NCBI GenBank assembly: GCA_002794465.1
Contig: MTSL01000073.1
Location: forward strand, 7,717 to 15,808
Reading direction: 5' to 3'
Source: Paramicrosporidium saccamoebae KSL3
Taxonomy: Eukaryota; Fungi; Cryptomycota
DNA: 8,092 nucleotides
Part shown: positions 1 to 6,718 of the stretch, piece by piece
Numbering within the stretch: the first letter of the stretch is position 1
Layout of the letters: every line of letters begins with the position of its first letter
The notes under the pieces: generated by a model
Told to the model about the DNA's origin: nothing
Seen by the model: only the letters and a program-made list of their open reading frames with translations
The model's database searches: none
Made by a program: the position numbers and the translations under genes

Positions 1-286
1 ATATAACAAATAAACTATTATCTTGTAAAGTAGTGAGAGGACTAGCTCGGCCTTTGTCGCTTTCTGATCAATTAGCACCGACAGTCGATGAGGGAAATCA
101 ATCTACAGCTGCCCATGCTTAATTACGTAACTTTAGAGACATGAAATTGTCCCACTCGAGGTGGTTTCCTTACTATACATCACTATTGAGGGTGGCTGTT
201 TATTAAATATACCATGTCTTTTGATAAAGCAATGAAAGCTTGCGTAAAAGTCGTCTTACTAAAAGCGTGCCTCTCCTATAGGTAAA

Positions 287-422
287 CACTTTCAGTACGC
301 TAGCTTGGGGTTACCACAGAAACTTGCTCCGCAACATCACGCTTTCAGTACACCGACTTGGGTTTACCAATAAAAGTTGTCCCGCAGCAATGCACTTTCA
401 GTACACCAGCTTGGGGTTGCCG
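287..422. repeat. Degenerate tandem repeat, 53-bp period, about 2.6 copies
   Basis: TTTCAGTAC occurs at 290, 343 and 396 (spacing exactly 53). Unit 1 (287-339) and unit 2 (340-392) match at 37/53 ungapped. The first 30 nt of unit 3 (393-422) match unit 1 at 26/30. Counted by hand. Confidence 0.9.
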
Positions 423-506
423 ATTCCGTTTCATTTTACCTTTAAATTCACGATCCTTTGTTTACATGCCCCCGAATAGAACCGTCGCGCACATTGACGT
501 AAACAA

Positions 507-1712
507 ATGTGGCAGATCTTTATCGTATCATTTGTCCTTTACACAGTTCTTGGCAGCGCCGTCTTCACTGACGTCATACCGGGTGATAAGCTGATAGCAA
601 TCAATGTAAGTTACCTTGGTCTGTACCTTTTTGGCAAAAAAAACAGCGACTTGGTCATTGCCATTGAAAACCGCGGCTACTTGGAAGTGACCGCCTCGCA
701 TCCCAAAACATGTCTTTTCAGTTTGACTCGGCACCGGTTCCAGAACGTATACCAGCTGGGATTCGAGCCCTTTCAGAATCTGCCGTGGAACCTTAACTCT
801 GAGGCGGCAGTCGAATTGGATGCTGTTGACACATTCCTTCTGCTAATGCCCACGAGGGAAAAAGTAAGGGATTGTGATGATTGGATGGAGTCGGTTGGAC
901 TCAAAACTGCAATGTGGATCACCGACCTTGAAGATTGGATGGCGACTCCGCGGGACCCGCAATATGCAGTAGTCAAATTCACCGTGACTGTAAAGGGTTC
1001 CACTTATGAATCCTCCAATGAGTCTCCCAGTGTGTCTCCATTAAGTAGTCAGTCCAATCTGCAAGGCAGAAAGTCATCATCATCATTGACGTTGCCACGT
1101 ACACCTCGTATGAGTAATGTGGTAGGATCCATATCACGATTGGTTACTCCTCGTAGCCCCAATTCTTCAAAGCCAGTCACTCCGAGTCACAGCAGTACTG
1201 AGATTCGCTCGTCACCGCGGGTAGTCTCTCCTCATAGCACAGATTCTCTGAGATCGTCTTCTCACAGCTCTGGTAGTCTTGACTACCACCTGACGTCTTT
1301 GGAGGAGCTCCCCGAGCAGCACCCGGTTAGGGAGCCTCTAAGGAGACCCGTGCCAGACTGGCGACCAGCCGGACGAGTCAACTCGGGGAGACTGACCAAA
1401 ACTCAAAGCGGCCAGGTAGAAGGACGGAGGAGGCCGAAACCAAAGCCAAGGCCGAAACCGAAGCCGAGGATGAGCGAGTCGTCAAGTCCAAGTCCTCGTC
1501 ACCCGAGAGATCGAGACGAAGAGACCCAGGCGACGCTGCTGACCCTGAGGACTGCTCTGGACGAACTAACCGTACAGTTAGACGATTTGCAGATTGAAAG
1601 TAGTCCCTATACCGAGTCGAAGACTCAATCCACATACGGGGACTTTCCAAAAGTCTTGGCTCACAAATTTGATGCAAAGAATACGACACTGTTCGACAAA
1701 CAAGCAGGGTAA
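507..1712 (+). CDS. Putative secreted orphan protein (family member A, 401 aa): signal peptide, family domain, S/P-rich low-complexity region, basic repeat, short coiled coil
   Basis: 1.2-kb ATG-to-TAA ORF with hydrophobic N-terminus MWQIFIVSFVLYTVLGSA. Residues 110-162 (LLMP..DCDDWM..G..LEDW..YAVVKFTVTV) align with the two downstream ORFs. No known family recognised. Confidence 0.85.
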   Translation: MWQIFIVSFVLYTVLGSAVFTDVIPGDKLIAINVSYLGLYLFGKKNSDLVIAIENRGYLEVTASHPKTCLFSLTRHRFQNVYQLGFEPFQNLPWNLNSEAAVELDAVDTFLLLMPTREKVRDCDDWMESVGLKTAMWITDLEDWMATPRDPQYAVVKFTVTVKGSTYESSNESPSVSPLSSQSNLQGRKSSSSLTLPRTPRMSNVVGSISRLVTPRSPNSSKPVTPSHSSTEIRSSPRVVSPHSTDSLRSSSHSSGSLDYHLTSLEELPEQHPVREPLRRPVPDWRPAGRVNSGRLTKTQSGQVEGRRRPKPKPRPKPKPRMSESSSPSPRHPRDRDEETQATLLTLRTALDELTVQLDDLQIESSPYTESKTQSTYGDFPKVLAHKFDAKNTTLFDKQAG

Positions 1713-2179
1713 TATATACCCCACTAAACAAATGGGGCTCGAAAGACTTTTATGTCATAGTCTGCTCCAAGGGCTATTGCCAGCGTGAGGTGAAATGGTG
1801 GAATAACTGTTGAAAGTGTGAGAAAGTAGGCCGATCAACAGATTCTCCATTAAGGATGAACCAACCAAGAGGAAAGGTTAGTGTCGGCCAGTTGGAAGAT
1901 TCCATACACCGGATATCTTTTCCATCTGACTATCAATGTACAACTCGATTGATAGACCCTAATAAACAGTGCCTACTAATAATTGGTGACCCAATCCAGA
2001 TATTTCTGCCATCCCATAATCCAGTGTGTTGAGGATGGTAACCTATAAGGCCCCTTTAGCGAAGCTAACTCGCCCACTAAAAGCCCTTATCCCCGAATAA
2101 TAAATGGGTCTCCCGGCGCCTTTACTTGTTGGGGGTAACGACAAATTCAACTTCCTAATCAAGGCATGAATAACAATCT

Positions 2180-2710
2180 ATGTCGCCCACAGCCGTCTCG
2201 ATGAGGCAGATTATATTCGCTCTATGCTTCTTAATGGTAATGGCAATTCGAGTAAAGATGAGGTCCCCTACGCCAGGATTGCTGGCCAGCAATCGGTTAC
2301 CGACTGGGATGACCATAACTCACATATTGACGCGTTCCACCATCAAAATTGTCTTTGACAATGAGAGAATTGACTACATTGAGAGTGGGCCACGGGGAAG
2401 GGCGACTTACAAAGTGTACCATTTGGAAGAATCGCGATGCCAAGATGGCTACTGCACGGCCTATTGGATTCTGGGCTTGCTACCGAGCAGAAAAACCACA
2501 ATCCCTGTTTTTGACTGGCTTAAGAGGACGAAATTCAACGACTCCAATCAAGGCGAGCTGGAGGCATGGGTGAATGCGCGACTCAACGTGGATCATTACA
2601 CTGTATTTATTATCGATGTTCAAGTTCCGTCTGTGGATAATCTGTTCACCGAAGAAGGCTCTACCTTTTTCGACTCTTCCGACTTGGGGATGGAAAAGAT
2701 GGTGGGTTAA
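2180..2710 (+). CDS. Putative small secreted orphan protein (family member B, 176 aa; start may be the second ATG at 2201)
   Basis: Hydrophobic leader MRQIIFALCFLMVMA. Residues Y95-P150 are 28/56 identical, ungapped, to Y97-P152 of the 2800 ORF, with many synonymous third-position differences. Confidence 0.85.
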   Translation: MSPTAVSMRQIIFALCFLMVMAIRVKMRSPTPGLLASNRLPTGMTITHILTRSTIKIVFDNERIDYIESGPRGRATYKVYHLEESRCQDGYCTAYWILGLLPSRKTTIPVFDWLKRTKFNDSNQGELEAWVNARLNVDHYTVFIIDVQVPSVDNLFTEEGSTFFDSSDLGMEKMVG

Positions 2711-2760
2711 TTGTGTAAAATGGATGACAGTAAACATTCTTTTTTCCGAATCGAGCTGGT

Positions 2761-2766
2761 TATATA
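2761..2766 (+). promoter_or_regulatory. Possible TATA-like element of member C
   Basis: TATATA lies 34-39 nt upstream of the ATG at 2800 in an 89-nt intergenic gap. Short motif only. Confidence 0.25.
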
Positions 2767-2799
2767 GGGACTCTTTGGAATCGACTCCAAACAAAGACC

Positions 2800-3345
2800 A
2801 TGAACTTGAAGTTTCTGCTTGCAATAATTTTAGGGCTGACGGTTGCGGTTAAAATCCGTGTACTGTCGCCCACGCGTGAGCTCCTGCAGACTGAATTAAC
2901 AGTCCGCAGTGTCAAGATTACACAAATGCTGACCAAAGCTTACATTCATGTCACTTTTAAAATGAATCGGATCTATGAGCTGGACATACATCCGCTGGAA
3001 CGGATCCTGTACAAATTGTACGGCTACAACAAAGATCCCCTGGGTCGGCCACGCGCCTCTGGGGTAATTGGAGACTTTGTTTCCATATATTGGATGATTG
3101 TGCTATTACCGGCAAAACTGGAGAGTCAGGACCCGGATGACTGGCTCGCGCTGACAGGCTTTAGCGACGCAAACCAGGAGGCTTTCGAACAATGGTACAA
3201 TTACCGAAGCACAGAGGATGACTACACGGTTGTGATTATTGATGTGCAGGTTCCCGAATGGCGTACTTTTGAAGATTCCAAGGACCTGCCCATACTTGAC
3301 ATGCCCAAATCGGTGAGGGAGGCAGATGTCGGAGCGGACCAATAA
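2800..3345 (+). CDS. Putative small secreted orphan protein (family member C, 181 aa)
   Basis: Leader MNLKFLLAIILGLTVA. Clear paralog of 2180..2710 (shared SPT..LL, IT..LT, RI, YK.Y, YW...LLP, DWL..T.F.D.NQ, YTV.IIDVQVP). Confidence 0.87.
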   Translation: MNLKFLLAIILGLTVAVKIRVLSPTRELLQTELTVRSVKITQMLTKAYIHVTFKMNRIYELDIHPLERILYKLYGYNKDPLGRPRASGVIGDFVSIYWMIVLLPAKLESQDPDDWLALTGFSDANQEAFEQWYNYRSTEDDYTVVIIDVQVPEWRTFEDSKDLPILDMPKSVREADVGADQ

Positions 3346-3356
3346 ACATTATTGTA

Positions 3357-4844
3357 TTAGAATGGGAGGACTATTACGCGACAAGTCGATTTTGTGAGGA
3401 CTATGAAACGATTCCTTCCTATCGTCGCCCAGCCAATAATGGCTTCATGGGAATCTAGATCGACCAAGAATTGTCGTGCAAACTGGCTAGTACGGTCTAC
3501 GGGCCGTTCATAGATAAACACATGTCCGGACGACTCTACAATAATAGTGGCTCCCTCAATGAAGACGACGTAGCGACGGTCCTGCTTGCCGGCCTGCACA
3601 AAGGCGATTGCGTCATATGTGACTAGATGTTGGCAGCCGTCATCAGTGATCGAATAGGCGAGGGCATCATCGCCTACGGCAAAAGCAAGCTTCAATGGAA
3701 TGTCGGGGTAGGGGCCAATGTAGTCGGCAGTACTTGTTTTCCAAATCGGCCTTCCATCGAGACCATATTTAAGCAGAGAAATTGCATAGAGACTGTCAGG
3801 TTCGGAATATTGGTCGTCAATTTGGGCTTCAGTCTTTTGGCTGCTCCAAAGATAGGGCCAAATGGCACGGTCCGACTTTGAAAGTGTTATCAGATAGGAC
3901 TGCTCCGTCTTGGACCAAGTGCTGTCGACTGCAGAAATAGGACTGCAGGGCTCCTCTTGAATTAGCGTCACACCGTCAACGATGACAACAACTCTGTCAA
4001 TCGCAGGCTCAATTTGGACTTTGGTATCGGGACCGGCCTTGAAAGAGATGAAGACATTCTCTTCGTCCTGCTCCCACTTGATTGCAATAGGCGCTGTTTC
4101 AGCAACTGTTACCTCGACACCAGGTATCCTAAATTCCCTCTGTGATCCGATGATAATGCCGGATTGATCTAAACGCACAATAACTGGACGTGAACAAGAC
4201 TCGAAAGTCTGCAAAGTTTGCAATACACACGATTTGAGATCAAGTGTACACCAATGGAGTAAGAAACGGGTTGCTCGGCCCGCCTTGGCAATCTGGGTGA
4301 TTGCAATTTGAATTTTATCGCCATTTTGCTTGCAGTCTGCTATCCTGACAAAGTCGCAAGATGACAAATCCAACTCTGGTGGACACGCAATAGCGGGATT
4401 AAGGGAAAATGTTGAAATAAGACGTCCACGCGTGGACAGCAACTCGAGTTCCCGGCCTTTACCACGAATCACCAACACTAACTCTTTGCTCAAAAATCCC
4501 AAGGAAGGAACGGCGCCGTCGTGGATCCATTCGTCCTGCCCCGCTATTACTTGCTCCAAAATTTCCTCTTCGGCAATCTCTACTCTCCACAGTGCATGTC
4601 GTTCATCAAACAAATATGCTTCGTATGGACTGTATGGATTCTGAAAGAGACTATTCATCTGCAACTTGTAAGCCAACGGCTGTAGCTCGCCTGAAGTGTC
4701 CAACACTCCACAATGCGTATGAGCAGGCTTCACAAGCGGTATCTCGCTAAGCAAAGGCACATGTTCTCCCGATGAAGAAAGTTTGTAAGCCTCAAAGGAA
4801 GGGTCGAGTTTGCTTTGGTCTGCCTCGAATCTATAAACCTTCAT
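3357..4844 (-). CDS. NUDCD1: NudC domain-containing protein 1 (NUDCD1/CML66-like), about 495 aa
   Basis: LDPSFEAYKLS recalls the NUDCD1 N-terminal LDPRFEGYKLS motif. It has a CS/p23-like segment (WEQDEENVFISF..IDRV..STWSK..YLITLSK..WP) and a C-terminal HLVTYDAIAFVQAGKQDRRY..VFIYERP..A.QF..L..IIGW..FIVLT matching the NUDCD1 C-terminus as I recall it. The ORF-track start at 4916 is GTG; the first ATG (MKVYRF) is at 4844. Confidence 0.85.
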   Translation of the reverse strand: MKVYRFEADQSKLDPSFEAYKLSSSGEHVPLLSEIPLVKPAHTHCGVLDTSGELQPLAYKLQMNSLFQNPYSPYEAYLFDERHALWRVEIAEEEILEQVIAGQDEWIHDGAVPSLGFLSKELVLVIRGKGRELELLSTRGRLISTFSLNPAIACPPELDLSSCDFVRIADCKQNGDKIQIAITQIAKAGRATRFLLHWCTLDLKSCVLQTLQTFESCSRPVIVRLDQSGIIIGSQREFRIPGVEVTVAETAPIAIKWEQDEENVFISFKAGPDTKVQIEPAIDRVVVIVDGVTLIQEEPCSPISAVDSTWSKTEQSYLITLSKSDRAIWPYLWSSQKTEAQIDDQYSEPDSLYAISLLKYGLDGRPIWKTSTADYIGPYPDIPLKLAFAVGDDALAYSITDDGCQHLVTYDAIAFVQAGKQDRRYVVFIEGATIIVESSGHVFIYERPVDRTSQFARQFLVDLDSHEAIIGWATIGRNRFIVLTKSTCRVIVLPF

Positions 4845-5019
4845 GAAACAGTAAATTAAATATTTCGTTTCGTGAATCACAACCGCTGAATTCAGTTCAT
4901 TTAAAATTGGTGGCACTACAACAAGAGTCTAATAGTTTGGAAATTATTGCTTGATCCGCGCCTACCAAGAAACTGTATTAATCTACGTTTAATCCACCAT
5001 GAAATGCTTTAATATAGAT

Positions 5020-5667
5020 TTATCCGATCATGTCGCGTTTTCTACCGCGCAGTTGGACTTGGGCAAGTTTGGAGAGGGTTGCGGTGGGATTGGAAACAAC
5101 CTTGCCATAGGCCTCAACGATTGCCTTGAATAGCTGGGTGCCGCACTGAGGATGGGTGCTGGTGATGGCCCTTTCTAGGACGTACAGATCAACAGCTCGA
5201 TCCTCGATGCTATTTGACACAGAGGCCAGGCCAAAATCAATCAGAACCGGCTGATCATTTTCCAAAAGAATATTTGATGTGGTCAAGTCGCCATGAATAA
5301 TGTCGTTCGAGTGTAGCCTGGCAATAGTCTCGCCAAGCTGTGCACCCAGAGAGAGCAAATCAATGCTTTCGGCAATGATTCTTTCCTTGGCCGTCACGCC
5401 GTTGATAAATTCAATCACCAATAGACCGTTCTCTGCGTCCACGAAATATACAGTCGGACACTTGACGTTGCACTTGAATGCCTTGACTAAGCAACGCGCC
5501 TCCTGAACAATGCGCCGTGAGTTGAGCCGCTCGTCGAGGATTGGGTGGCGATAGTCTTTCTTGAAGCGCTGCTTGTAAACTGCCTGCTGGCCTGCAAACA
5601 TTCCAATGTTTACCTTTGCTTCGGCGCCTTGCCAGTCAGGAACTGGTCCCCCAACCACGCTAGTCAT
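5020..5667 (-). CDS. BUD32: KEOPS/EKC complex atypical kinase Bud32 / TP53RK (PRPK), 215 aa
   Basis: QGAEAKV P-loop variant, K.RF.K.YRHP.LD.RL..RR..QEAR, HGDLTTSNILL, IDFGL, EDRAVDLYVLERA and C-terminal RGRKRDMIG are all hallmarks of Bud32/PRPK. Confidence 0.96.
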   Translation of the reverse strand: MTSVVGGPVPDWQGAEAKVNIGMFAGQQAVYKQRFKKDYRHPILDERLNSRRIVQEARCLVKAFKCNVKCPTVYFVDAENGLLVIEFINGVTAKERIIAESIDLLSLGAQLGETIARLHSNDIIHGDLTTSNILLENDQPVLIDFGLASVSNSIEDRAVDLYVLERAITSTHPQCGTQLFKAIVEAYGKVVSNPTATLSKLAQVQLRGRKRDMIG

Positions 5668-5739
5668 GTCTGTCTACTGAGTATGGGACGAGAGCTATCC
5701 CCACTCTCTCTCTCTCTCTAACACCCCGGGACACTTATC
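5668..5739. promoter_or_regulatory. 72-nt divergent (bidirectional) promoter region between BUD32 and RPC17
   Basis: BUD32 ATG ends at 5667 (-) and RPC17 ATG starts at 5740 (+). Promoter function is inferred from this geometry. Confidence 0.6.
5704..5719. repeat. (CT)8 microsatellite
   Basis: ctctctctctctctct read directly at 5704-5719. Confidence 0.95.
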
Positions 5740-6220
5740 ATGGAGGTTGTGGAGAGCCACACGGCCTTTTTGTCAGATTTCGAGGTGCTGGAACACTTGC
5801 GCGCACAAAAGGCCGAACGTGACAGGATATCCTCTACTATTGGGAGGCCGGTGCGAGCGGCAGAGAATGTACAGACTATTGAGTTTGAAGTACAACCATG
5901 TCTTGGCGCTTACCTGTAGGCCTTGAGTTATTTGGAGAGGAAATGTACCGGCATTACCGAGGACAAACTGCAAGTTCTACTAGAGTTCTTGACAGATTTG
6001 CCGCTCACCAAGGCTGAGCGACTACAGATAGTGAACCTCTTGCCAAAAACTCTGGTCGAATTCTATTTGGTATAATATCCACCGCCCACCGCCTAGACTA
6101 GACTTTTAGATTGTGGAAGAGTGCGAAGAACGGTTCAAGTCGGAACAGGTAAATGAGATTCTTGAAAAGATAACGGAAATGTTCGCGTCTGATCCCGAAA
6201 TGGAAAGTGAGGTAGCGTAA
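5740..6220 (+). CDS. RPC17: RNA polymerase III subunit RPC17/RPC9 (CRCP; Rpb4/HRDC-like family), spliced: exons 5740-5889, 5920-6069, 6110-6220, 136 aa
   Basis: Manual translation: MEVVESHTAFLSDFEVLEHLRAQKAERDRISSTIGRPVRAAENVQTIEFE/ALSYLERKCTGITEDKLQVLLEFLTDLPLTKAERLQIVNLLPKTLVEFYL/IVEECEERFKSEQVNEILEKITEMFASDPEMESEVA*. Motifs AFLSDFEVL, EN.QTI.FE...YL, LTKAE.LQIVN..P and IVEECEERF are typical of Rpc17/CRCP. Two GT-AG introns restore the frame. Confidence 0.92.
5890..5919 (+). other. 30-nt spliceosomal intron 1 of RPC17 (phase 0)
   Basis: GTACAA...GCTTAC..CTGTAG. It ends in an in-frame TAG, so it must be removed. CTTAC is a branch-like motif near the acceptor. Confidence 0.85.
6070..6109 (+). 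other. 40-nt spliceosomal intron 2 of RPC17 (phase 0)
   Basis: GTATAA...CTTTTAG with an in-frame TAA at its second codon. Removal joins EFYL to IVEECEERF, the conserved family motif. Confidence 0.85.
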
Positions 6221-6718
6221 TAATGCCTAATAAGGAAACTGTTATCATATATGATTTTTTTGTTACGATAAGCTGATGCATCTGTCCAATCATCTCTTCA
6301 GAATGCCAATCTAACGTGTATAATCAACATACAATGTACGGGAATGGCTTAGTACAGTGTTTTGGAGGACGATATGGTGAGCAGTATCAAGACTGTTATC
6401 GCCGCGGGTAACTGATAAATTGATTGGTGGTATCCTTGGCAACGCGTCTTTGGCAGTGGGCTTGATTATTTGCACACGCGACACTGATTGTTGCAGTGGA
6501 CATTTTTGGGACTTGCTTATCTCTGCAACAGTAGCCGTTTCAGGAGAGTTGAATTCGTAGGATTGTTGTGGAGTTGTTATTGATTTCCAAAGAAGGCACC
6601 CCGTCTGTTTTCTTTTTTCTAGCCTGGCGACGCGCCAATCCAGACTTTGTCTTTTCCCTTTTTTGCACAGTGCACAGTCAAATTGCGGTACCCCACGCCA
6701 CCGACTCATTTGTAGTTC

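Noticed and set aside
3-122. Frame open from the window edge (ITNKLLSCKVVRG...AAHA*)
   Set aside because: Only 39 codons with no recognisable similarity. It could be the tail of an upstream gene but cannot be supported from this window.
287-422. CRISPR-like repeat/spacer look (30-nt core plus 23-nt spacer)
   Set aside because: The spacers are homologous to each other, the cores are degenerate and non-palindromic, there are only three units, no cas genes are present, and the context is eukaryotic.
289-434. Each repeat core reads on the minus strand as a 26-nt GT/GC...TACTGAAAG mini-intron flanking 27-nt exons
   Set aside because: Splicing all three out gives only a 26-aa peptide (MKRNRALLRDNFYCVMLRSKFLCVYL), and the supposed introns are more conserved than the exons, the opposite of what a real gene would show.
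1321-1560. Local GC rise in member A (147/240 = 61% vs 117/240 = 49% at 541-780)
   Set aside because: Largely explained by Pro/Arg-rich coding content, so it is not evidence of foreign origin.
1856-2032. 58-codon ORF (MNQPRGKVSV...) in the gap between members A and B, checked as a possible fourth paralog
   Set aside because: No signal peptide and none of the family motifs in the frames I inspected. Probably chance.
1985-2139. GGTNACC/GGTAAC motifs upstream of member B resembling the GGTTACC part of the 53-bp repeat
   Set aside because: The matches are only 6-7 nt and also occur inside coding sequence, so they cannot be told from chance by eye.
2774-2791. TTTGGA-N6-TCCAAA hairpin just upstream of member C
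   Set aside because: A 6-bp stem is weak and expected by chance.
358-3342. Short overlapping or antisense ORFs in the left half (358, 528, 773, 1378, 1594, 2349, 2480, 2574, 3106)
   Set aside because: They overlap better-supported genes in other frames or strands and have no recognisable motifs.
4845-4916. ORF-track N-terminal extension of NUDCD1 (MPPILNEL...)
   Set aside because: It starts at GTG in AT-rich sequence, and family similarity begins only after the ATG at 4844.
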